From positions 65,844,001 to 65,908,000 of the forward strand of contig OZ260666.1 in NCBI GenBank assembly GCA_965285935.1: a stretch of DNA of 64,000 nucleotides. Direction: 5' to 3'. Below the pieces are notes generated by a model that saw only the letters and a program-made list of their open reading frames with translations, was not told the DNA's origin and ran no database searches. Source of the DNA: Ophelia neglecta (Eukaryota). A program made the position numbers and the translations under genes. Each line of letters opens with the position of its first letter. The stretch's first letter is position 1. This document shows positions 43,322 to 53,140 of this stretch, in pieces.

Positions 43322-43559
43322 CTGATCTCTTTTCGAAATGACTTAAATTTCAAATCCTTTTTAAACAGCGTCATCGGTGTACATTTTTCATCATATAGAT
43401 TTTGGTAAATTCTGTTATTTAGGTTTTGCGAAATTTAGTTGTCAATTTAGTTGTATTTACTTGTTCTTTCATATTTTGCAAACATTTGAGTTGAATGTTT
43501 ACCACAAATTAATAACATTGATTTAAAGGAACTTTTTATTATCTCAGTTTATATATCAA

Positions 43560-45049
43560 GGCCTAGCAAATATCATTCCTGTTTCCGATTACATCAGATT
43601 TTAAAACTGGTTGGTAGGTAGGCAATAATAATTTGATCCTGCACTGCCAGAAGGCGAGGATTTTAATTATGATCAGGGGGGATAAATGGTTTCCAGGAAA
43701 TGGATACAGGAGGAACAGAACACAGAGGATCTGAGCTGACCCCCAGATTTACAAAACTCTCATAAAACCATACTTACTCAAATACCTATCATATACACAT
43801 CACAATGGAATAGGATGAGACATCTCACTGGTGTCTCCATTGCATATTGGGTGTCTTTTCCTTGTCAAATTTGTGTGGGCTGACAGTAGATAAATACGAC
43901 ATGACCGTAATAGCTGGTGAATCTGGAATGCCTGTGTAGATAAATTACTACAGATGGCAAAACTAGCTAAATCTACTGATGGACCCAATTAATGATATGT
44001 ATTGGATGAAATAATCTGTCATAAATCCACTTCAATATTCCGAGTATTCTGCCTAACAACGCTGGCACAGCCATGCAGGGGATTTCAAAACCTTCGTTTG
44101 GCCAAGCCTGTGGGTTCAACCAATCACTGCATACTAGAAGTTCTATCAAAAGAGACTCGCCCAATCCCTAATACCAGTTCCCCACAGAAACTTACCATCA
44201 AAGTGTGGCTGAGAGGTTAGAGCGTCCACCTCGCAAGTGTTAGATCTGGCTTTGAATACCGATCGCGTGACGCCCAAGACGTAAAAACAGGTACTGATAG
44301 CTCCCTGCCAGGCGCCTGGTAATTCAGAGGTAGTATCAGGACTGGTCAACCCGGTGTCAGTATAATTTGACTGGATGGGGTTTCCTGTCTGGTGTCTATG
44401 GCAGGTACTCCAGTGATGTAGCACTCTATAAAGAGGCGTTGAGCCCATTGTCACAAGTAGGCACAGTGGCGATATGACCAGAAAAGTGTAGAAAGCCACC
44501 TAAATCCCCAAACAACAACAACAACCCACAGAATCTTACATATTTTCTTTTAGTCATTTGAAGAAAGAAATGACTTTTATGTATGGTAATTCGTCATAGG
44601 AGTATTTATCAGACAGTGTTCCCAGGATTGTGACAAGCAGTTTTGTGATGAGAAGCAAAACTTTTTGCTACAAAATTCAAATGCTTCACAATGTATTTAG
44701 CAAATATTTCATATTGACAACAGAGGTTGATGGTGCAGTAGTAGTGTGCGGAAACTGCAAAAAAAATTGTCGAAACAGGTCGCTTTTACATCATGACATC
44801 TTACATAATGTGGCACACAACAATTTCAATAACACAGATAAAACGGCATATGGAAAAAAGATCCAACTGCCAGCTTAACACACAATGGGCGCAGCGTTCA
44901 AGTTTTGCCTAGAACGCCATCAGACTGTCAAGATAAGTCTTTCAGGGGAAATTTGCTCTTTTTTTTACAGATGCCATATATTGTTACAGAATCTGGATGA
45001 TTTTACAGGGTTGGTTGCAAAACCAGAAACAGGAATATTTTGCTAGGCC
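43560..45049. mobile_element. About 1.5-kb non-autonomous DNA transposon (Kolobok-like ends) carrying SINE copy C
   Basis: Inverted termini ggcctagcaaatatcattcctgtttc and gaaacaggaatattttgctaggcc; flanks tcaa/taaa resemble a decayed TTAA TSD. Confidence 0.6.
44194..44524 (+). mobile_element. tRNA-derived SINE copy C
   Basis: A box tggctgagagg, B-box-like tttgaatacc, (CAA)n tail; 13-bp TSD cccacagaa(a/t)ctt at 44181-44193 and 44525-44537. Confidence 0.9.
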
Positions 45050-45526
45050 TAAAACAAAATGTACAATTTTTCATATGGATATACATGTATCTGCATCTAC
45101 CAAATTCTATAAACTAGCATATTATTGCAGAATAAGCCCAAGGATTTTTCCTGGCAGGAAAATGACATCAGTTGAGGTTTTGAAGTTTGGCTATTGAAGT
45201 CCTACCACTTTTACTCATTTTATGTTCATTTGGACATTAGTTCAGTGGCATTCAAAAACCTGACCTAATTTCATGGTTTAAAATAATTATTGACTTACAC
45301 AGCTCAAAAATCAAATTCACAAACCATATGAAAAAAATAGGGGTGCCCCATGGAAAAATAATTTAAATGGATGAAAAATTCAAATTGAAAAAAAAAAACC
45401 TTTAATAAAAACTTTCTAGTCCATATTGTGAATTCAGATTTTAAAACCCCTGTATAAATCTTAAATAAGGATGTCAAAATTTCAAATTGTTGGGCCCATA
45501 TCACTGTTTTAAAATGACCCCTTGCA

Positions 45527-45573
45527 GCCAAGAAATTAATAGAGCCAAGAAATTAATAGAGCCAAGAAATTAA
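45527..45573. repeat. 17-bp unit gccaagaaattaataga x about 2.8
   Basis: Directly visible. Confidence 0.9.
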
Positions 45574-47542
45574 CCATCTGACTTGTTTTCACTTGTCTCA
45601 AATGTTTGGCAAATAAAAATTGTAGATATTTTAGAATGATGTTTTAGTAAACAGAACATTTATGTTTTAAATACATATACTGTATTTGGTTGATTTTATG
45701 TATACATGGTATTATAGTCTAGTTGATCCTTTTAAAGATGATTTTAAACAGGTTTAAAATTTAGATTCCTGTTGTGTTGTGGTGTTAAATTGTATGCCAT
45801 TCTTTAACAGTTTTTAAATTTAATATTCATGTTACCGGGTTATGTTGTTAGTGTTGATTGTGTGACATACTTGAACCTATAGATCTATAATAAACAATCC
45901 AAGAGTGAGAATCTATAATGCCCTATCTTAAGCTACGAATTTACAATACCTGGAGTGTCATTTTTTCCTAAAGGGCGAAATTAATCCAGTGTGAACATTT
46001 TCATTTTCAGTATTTTAAATATAGAAACTATGAACACACTGATATTAGTGATCAAATGTATTGTATGTCTAACAAGTCTTCCTCTACCTATGATTATAAG
46101 TCCTCAGCATAAGAAATGGTACATTATTATATAAAAATGTTAAAAGGATGCCAATGTGTTATTAAGTTCTTTTTCAAACCACCGTTTGCAGATTGAAAAG
46201 ACCTGAAAAAAGGAAGGAATATTCCTATTAATAGATAGTGGATGCAAGTGGCAGGAAGTTGTTGGTACATGTAAAACAATTTAACAGGAAGTAATTACTG
46301 TTAAGTCTGAAATGTTTGCAGGAATTAGATTTTACAAACCTACAAAAGCCCATGTTCATCGGAAATGTTTTCTGGAATTACATGAAAATGGCGAAAACAA
46401 ATTACTCACAAACCTTTCTGACTTTACAGTATCCTAAATGAGGAAGAAAATGTTAAAAAATAGAATGCACTCACTATTCATATGCATTGTGTACTTTTAA
46501 TTTTGAATTTTAATGATGAATGTTAGAAAAAAGGTCCATTTCTTTTGAATATAGCTTTTGTTTTGCTGTGTTATTGTATGAACATAGATTCCTGTGAACC
46601 AGGGTTTTGAGTACATTTGCGAAATATAATTTCCACAAATATTTCAATAAAACATTACAATACATCATTATCCACGTTTGTTACTTACTTTTTGCTTCAA
46701 ACTATCAGAATCATTGTATTAAAATGTAATTGAACTTTCTGTGTTTGATTTCAAGTATTCGATAGTTCCTTCATTTGCATCCTGGCCACATCAGGACATG
46801 CTGCCCTTAAGCAAGATAGGGGAAAATTTTTGTATTTGTCTCAAGCTGAAAAGAAATTTAAAGACCCCTCCTGGGGCACACTAATTCTGACACAAAATAA
46901 ATAATTAATTCTGATTTCATGGCATACCACATCTGCGCCCCGTGTTACCGCGTGATGGATCATATTAAAGACAGTCGAAAGGGCTCCTGTGTACTTGAGT
47001 GGAGTCGTTTCATGGCCAAATAGGGCGTACATAAGTACATGTAGAAAGGAAAAAGGTAAGGTTAGCCATTGGCCACAAAGTTAACAGAATTGAACTAATA
47101 CGCCCCTTTTACGCTTTACATAAGGAAAGACAGGCATATTTGTATTAGCCTAACATCAAACTTTGACGGATTATCTGGTATTACAACGTGTAAAGATTTT
47201 TATCATCAATCATACTACTAGTACAAGGTATGACTAAGATTTGATAGCATTGTGTGCTATCATTGTATGATATGGTGTGAGGGAGCTCAGGTGACATCAT
47301 CCTGTGATCAAAGTATAAAATCCCCAGGTTCTATTTATACAATACAATCAACTAAGTACAGTGTATAACTGGTGGTTAGATCTAGGGAGGGGACTCCTGG
47401 GGTCATGACCCCTCACTCTACTCCACAAAAGTTGCCTAGGAGATTTTTTTGATGGTGTGGAATGGAGGTCTCCAGAAAGAAGTTCTGGGGCAATCCCTCC
47501 CTGAGAGAACTGTCATCCCAAGTCAAAATAGCCCCCCCCCCC

Positions 47543-47576
47543 CCACACACACACACACACACACACATACACACAC
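47543..47576. repeat. (CA)n microsatellite
   Basis: Directly visible, preceded by a poly-C run. Confidence 0.95.
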
Positions 47577-47983
47577 GTTTATAACCCCAGGATCCACCAA
47601 AGGTATAAAACTTCCCATTTGCAAGTTAGCTGACCTAGGGACTGTAGATTTACTGTCATGGTAAAGTGGGTACATTGAGCTTTTTGGCAACAGTAACTCA
47701 TATTTGATCAATAATTTGAAGAGCCTTTTCAAGTGATCTGGGTGAAAGTAATACATGCCAAGATACCTACACATGCACATGATAAGTTATGACACTAGTA
47801 GCTGAATACACTTTGTAACCTGATGTGGCCCAGTCAGACTTGTACTTGATTTAGTCGCACCTAGGTAGTTACACTACCAGTATAATGGTGATTCAGTGTC
47901 AAGCGTAATAGTTGGTTGGTGTTAACAGTGTTTGGTATATAATCTATGTTGTTTCTTTCCCTTTTCCTATATTAGAAGTGACC

Positions 47984-49927
47984 ATGGCGAGTTCAGACTT
48001 CTCTGTTATACTAACTAAAGAATGGATATGTGCTGTTTGTACCACAGAGTGTGGTGTATTACAAACCATACCATGTGGCCATGTTATGTGTTTGCCATGC
48101 TTGGACAATTTCAGTAAAATGGAAAAACTGCCTTGTCCTAGCTGTGAACTCGATCGAGCAATACCTCCGGAGTGTAATAACACCCAACCAAGCAGTGATT
48201 CACAGGATTTCAGCGACAATACCAGTGACTACGGCACAATGATCTCAAATCACGAGTCCATGACAGCAGCTGGTGAAATGCAATGTGATATATGTGGTAA
48301 AGTGGACCCGACAGAGATGTGTCCTATCTGTATCAAAAACTTTTGTGAGGATTGTGGGTTATACCATGTTGTCAAACAATCTCATAAGATTGTACCTAGA
48401 ACTGGGACAACATTGTGCTTCATGCACCAGCAAGAGTTAAAGACTCTCTACTGCAAAACTTGTGCTTACGGAATTTGTGAATTCTGCTTTGAGGACGCCC
48501 ACACACTTCACCAAGTGGTGACAGTACAAGCTGTTTTGGATGAGAAAAAGCAAGCCCTGGTAACGTTTAAGGATAATAGTAACACATTACAAAAGTCTGC
48601 TTCAGAATTAGACTTTGAAAATGCTGTGAAAGAGATAGATGAAAGTTTTTCAGCTGCTGAAAAGGAACTGTCGAAAATCCAAGAAGGATTCAATGCCAAG
48701 TTTGACACTTTGAAATTAGATTTACACAAACAGCATGCTCAAGAATGTGGAAAGATCAAACTTTTTGAGAATAGATTAGAAGATTCAACAACTTTATTGA
48801 AATTTCACACAAATAATGTTGAGAAAACACTGTCAAGCAACTCGGAAGCTGGTATAGTTGCCGCAGCGGACCAACTTTCGTCTCTAGAGATTGGGACTCA
48901 TCAAGAATTGCCAAACATAAAAAAACCAGTGATCAGTGCAGCAGACATGGAACAATTTGAGTTAAAAACCCTCCTCAGATATGAGAGCATTCAATTAAAA
49001 ATGAAAATGAAAGAGGATAACAATAATGAAGAAATTCCTGTCAATTCTGAACCGCAAAGAAATGAAGCGAAGAAAGGATGTGAACGAATGTGGACCAATC
49101 AAATCAACTTTGCTGCCGGGGCTGTTATTTATGACGAGGAATCTGGCATATTTTGGGTCAGAACTTCAGACCAGGAAGGTAGATTATGGAAATATAATCT
49201 ACAGGGAGACTTCTTAGGAAAATACCTACAAAGTTCAGAGGAATTAGGGGGAATTTGTATGGATGCTAAAAGGCACTTATTGTTAGTAACCAAAAGTCCT
49301 AATATAATTCTAACTTTTGATGAAAATGGTTCAGAAAACTACAAGATAACTATCAAAGGAGCTAAGCACTTGGCAGGGATAGTCTATATCCCGGACAAAG
49401 ACTGGTATGGTTTGTCTGACTATGACAAGAACTGTCTGTGGTTTGTGAGTGCAGAATCACAGGAACCAGTCAAACAGATCGGAACCAAGAAGTCTGCCCA
49501 AGGATTGCTTGTAGAACCCACTTTCCTCAGCTATGGCACAGTGATAGAGGAAACTATGCCCAGTCTGTTCGTGATTGACCGCTCTAGCCATCACCTCAAG
49601 GAGTTTGCACTAGATGGCACTGTCCTCAATAGCTATTCAATGGGAGGAACAGATAAATACTTAGCCCACCCTCTTGGAATATGCTTGGATTTCAATGGGA
49701 AGTTACTCATTTGTGACAGAGACAAGGGCAGAATTGGGCGTTTTTTCCAAAAGAAGAGCACTAAGTTTTGGCGTGTAATGTTGACAGGTGCCCAGCTGGA
49801 TGATATGATCCCCATAGGCGTGTGTGTGACTCGCCAAGGTCAGCTGGCTGTCACTGCTGCCAAGTTCAACGCAGACAACAGGATTCAACCCCCTTGTTAT
49901 CTGTATCTCTTTACATACACCGTATAA
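47984..49927 (+). CDS. Second tripartite-motif protein (RING, B-box1, B-box2, coiled coil, NHL-like), single coding exon, about 647 aa from accATGg
   Basis: RING CAVC...CGHVMCLPC...CPSC; B-boxes CDIC...CPIC...CEDC...H and CFMH...CKTC...CEFC...HTLH; NHL-like LAHPLGICLDFNGKLLICD. A polypyrimidine acceptor ending at 47975 precedes the ATG, so the ORF-track TTG start at 47912 is probably intronic. Confidence 0.9.
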   Translation: MASSDFSVILTKEWICAVCTTECGVLQTIPCGHVMCLPCLDNFSKMEKLPCPSCELDRAIPPECNNTQPSSDSQDFSDNTSDYGTMISNHESMTAAGEMQCDICGKVDPTEMCPICIKNFCEDCGLYHVVKQSHKIVPRTGTTLCFMHQQELKTLYCKTCAYGICEFCFEDAHTLHQVVTVQAVLDEKKQALVTFKDNSNTLQKSASELDFENAVKEIDESFSAAEKELSKIQEGFNAKFDTLKLDLHKQHAQECGKIKLFENRLEDSTTLLKFHTNNVEKTLSSNSEAGIVAAADQLSSLEIGTHQELPNIKKPVISAADMEQFELKTLLRYESIQLKMKMKEDNNNEEIPVNSEPQRNEAKKGCERMWTNQINFAAGAVIYDEESGIFWVRTSDQEGRLWKYNLQGDFLGKYLQSSEELGGICMDAKRHLLLVTKSPNIILTFDENGSENYKITIKGAKHLAGIVYIPDKDWYGLSDYDKNCLWFVSAESQEPVKQIGTKKSAQGLLVEPTFLSYGTVIEETMPSLFVIDRSSHHLKEFALDGTVLNSYSMGGTDKYLAHPLGICLDFNGKLLICDRDKGRIGRFFQKKSTKFWRVMLTGAQLDDMIPIGVCVTRQGQLAVTAAKFNADNRIQPPCYLYLFTYTV

Positions 49928-49964
49928 CCAGGAACACCACACTTGATCAGTTTGAACCAGCAAT

Positions 49965-50143
49965 ATATGGTTAAACCTGTGAATTGAGACCACCCAAGGG
50001 ACTGGAAAATGCCGCTCTGGTTTTAGAGACAGTCTGTTTAGACAGGTTTTGTACATGGAACGTATACAATATAGTCCTTACATTATAGCATTATTGGACA
50101 GGTGGCCTGTTTATAGAGTTGGGTTTAAGACATGTTTCAATGG
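49965..50143. mobile_element. Degenerate CAGTG-type MITE just 3' of the second TRIM stop
   Basis: aaacctgtgaattgagaccacccaaggga ... acaggtggcc ... taagacatgtttcaatg; same layout as the 10923 and 26606 elements. Confidence 0.5.
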
Positions 50144-50412
50144 ACTCATTTGCTTTAAGATAATAGACCCATTAACCCTAATGCTCATTGCTCATTGATC
50201 AATTACTGTTAAATAAAACTGTTATGAACAATTTCAGTGGCACATATTAAGGTGACACTACTAGAGTTAAAAAGGACAAAATTATAAGCTCCACAGATAT
50301 ACTGAAAAGGGTATCGATTAAGGAAAGGTGGTCTGAAAAGCAATATTACTTAGCAACATTGGGTCAGCAATATTATGTGAAAACATCTTGTCAATAAGAA
50401 CTCAATCACAAG

Positions 50413-50860
50413 TAGTTTGAAGTAGAACCACAGAATATTCCCGCGTTGTGGCTCTAGTGTGGATCAAGGTTGGTTTCAGGATCAAGGATGGTTTCAAGTA
50501 CAGTGGTCCCTGCGATGTAGGGCCACCCCTATATCCAAGGAAAAGTGGCCCTACATTGCAGGTGGCCCTTCATCGGAGGTACTTTAACATGGAAAAGATA
50601 GGACATGGGAATTCAAAAAGTGGCCTGCCATCGCAGGTGGCCCTTCATTGGAGGGGCCCTACATCGCAGGGACCACTGTAGATACCACACAATACCAGCC
50701 TTGTACATACCGTAGTGCAGGTGTTGATAAGGGGCTGTTTGAATTACAGATCACACAATAATCCAGCGTTATAGCTCTGGTGTGGATCATGGGCTTTTTG
50801 AAGTAGAGACTACACAATCTAAGCTTTGATTTGTGTAGTTTGTGATTATGGCATTTTCAA
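50413..50860. repeat. Degenerate tandem repeat of about 60 bp hosting the 50499 MITE
   Basis: tttgaagtagaaccacagaatattcccgcgttgtggctctagtgtggatca-like unit recurs 4-5 times around the MITE. Confidence 0.65.
50499..50680. mobile_element. Young MITE with perfect 24-bp TIR plus TA TSD
   Basis: tacagtggtccctgcgatgtagggcc is the exact reverse complement of ggccctacatcgcagggaccactgta; a solo left-end fragment occurs at about 34490-34516. Confidence 0.92.
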
Positions 50861-51202
50861 ATTAATGTCATTGGTACTAGAAAACTGTTCTTGTTACTTG
50901 TCAAATACAGTGACAGTCATGTATGTTGATGATCAAAGTAGTATTTATTAATGAATACGATAGCACTAATATAAAAAACAAAAAAATTAAATAAAGCCAA
51001 ACAAAACAAGTTATCTGCCATTTAAAAAAAAGGAATAATTTATTTATATACTTAACAGTTTCTATGAAATTCCTTGACAAGTCAGTATTGTCTGATATCC
51101 AAAGAAAGCAAGCTCTGCATACATAGTTATTAGGGAGATATCATATTTTATGATAGCTGATGTTATTAGTATAATTTTGGCACCAAGAAAGCATATATAT
51201 GC

Positions 51203-51430
51203 ATGTGTTTATGTGTTCTCGTACATTTAAATGGTTACTACTTCTCAGTGCCTGGCTTATTCAGAACCTGCATACTGCTAGTTATGGGACCCAGTTCATT
51301 TTTTGTTATACTACTATGTGTTTATGTGTTCTCGTACATTTAAATGGTTACTACTTCTCAGTGCCTGGCTTATTCAGAACCTGCATACTGCTAGTTATGG
51401 GACCCAGTTCATTTTTTGTTATACTACTAT
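51203..51430. repeat. Perfect 113-bp tandem duplication
   Basis: Units start at 51203 and 51316 and appear identical by eye. Confidence 0.92.
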
Positions 51431-52959
51431 AGCTGAGAATGAACTTTTTTTGCAAACAGGTTTACAGAGATGCTGGGAATATATCCCCTTTTTAAGTTGT
51501 ATGAAATTTAAGTGCAACCTGCTAATATTGACTTTAATGGGATGTCAAGTGATATGGTGAAACCCTCCCTTTTCACTCACAATGAGAGGAAGAGATTGAG
51601 TACAATCAAATCCTTTTCATCCCCGCCCCCATATTTTTTTGCACTTTAGTGGTCACTAAAAAATTTACATTAAAGAAAGTCATTGCGTGCTTGACATTTT
51701 TAGGTTGACAAGAGCATTTAATTCCTACCCTCAGATTTAAAAGTAGGCTGCAACAGTATATATATTTTTTTGGTGCCAAGTGACAATTAAAGCTATATAT
51801 ATATATACATGCAAATAACATATTTCCCTGTTTTAAGTTCATGACCAAGCTGTTTTACACCAAATCTGTCAATTTTAACCCCCATGAACATTTTTGCATG
51901 GCAGTAATCTTGGTTTCATGTTCTTGTTCTTCATATAGTGCCCATTACTTCTTCCGAAGTGCCTATATAAGCAGCAGTTGATACCAGGGAGGTTTGGTTT
52001 TTAACAACTACAATTAAGGCTAGCTTGAAAATCTACATACCTGAACAATGATTTACCTGCACCTTCATAAACAAAAAATGGATTGTAGGGGAGAAGTTAT
52101 GAAAACCATAATGAATTAAGCCAGTAGAGACAGGGGGGGGGGGGGGTCAAAGTGAGCCTCTGATAGGAGTGGGGGGGGGGGGGGAGTAGGGTTTGCAATG
52201 TTTCTGTTAGGCTTGATAAGATGTTAAAGTCACCGAAACCTTAGCAAGCACTAAGCACTTGCACCCCTGCCCCCCCCCCCCTCTTTGTAATGACTACCCC
52301 ATATTGTACACATGTAAAACAGTACATTTAGCCCTATGTCAAACAAACCAGTGTGATATACCCTGCTGAATACAATAGTACACCCAAATTAAATAAATAA
52401 AGGTAAACAGTTTAGACCCTACATATAAAATTGTGCATTAACAAACTTTTTAGCCCACATATATAAAAATGACTCCCTATGTTGGGCATAGTACATTTGC
52501 CACACCCTGCAGAGTCCCATTTGAGGGTCCCAAAAGTTAAAGACCCCCCTTTTCAACCCATCAGAATTTTAGGAACCTCTCTCTTCAACCAGTGGGTGGT
52601 TTACAGTTTTTAAGAACCTTCTTTCAACTAATTGGCATGTAATAACCCAGTTAGACACTTTTTGTCAATTTTTAAGACCCCAAGTATGATAAGAACCCCA
52701 CTTTTTTCACACAACAACTTTAATGTAATATTGGATGCATTCAATAGACTAGCTACATTACATCGTGCACTTCTTCACTACATAAAGACCTTTTAAAAGT
52801 AAAAAAGAAAAACAGGTATGAATAGTCTTTATTTAGCAGTGAATGAAATTTTAATCAATCCATCAACTTTGGTATCAGTTTCAGACACATAAGAGTTGTC
52901 TTAATCGGCGAGTGGTAAAATGTAATCCTATAGCCCTGTATTTCTTCCCCCCAGGGTGA

Positions 52960-53140
52960 TAATGACACGGCCGAATGCTCCGAGGTGCGCTCGCGCGCCA
53001 AGGTGCACCCGAGCATGGCGAGTGCTGGGGGGTATAACAGAACAGCCGTTTATGCTAATGAGGTCAAGCAACATGGCGGAAAAATAATGTTGTGGACGGT
53101 AGCTGTGATTTTCTCGGTGGTCTCGGCCGCATTTGGTGAG
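52960..53140 (+). promoter_or_regulatory. CpG-rich promoter / first-exon region
   Basis: Sharp local CpG enrichment in a CpG-poor background; NRF1-like tgcgctcgcgc near 52985; YY1-like aacatggcg near 53070; followed by a strong donor. Confidence 0.6.
53087..53135 (+). CDS. Candidate first coding exon (signal peptide A) of an unidentified secreted or membrane protein
   Basis: ataATG...MLWTVAVIFSVVSAAF then a phase-1 donor g|gtgagt; lies in a CpG-rich promoter-like region. Confidence 0.6.

Noticed and set aside
44194-44270. tRNA gene
   Set aside because: The A/B boxes are the head of a SINE with body, tail and TSD; no intact cloverleaf.
47912-47983. Both TRIM ORFs being exactly 671 aa
   Set aside because: Coincidence. 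The second ORF-track start is a TTG upstream of a polypyrimidine tract and acceptor; the likely protein starts at ATG 47984.
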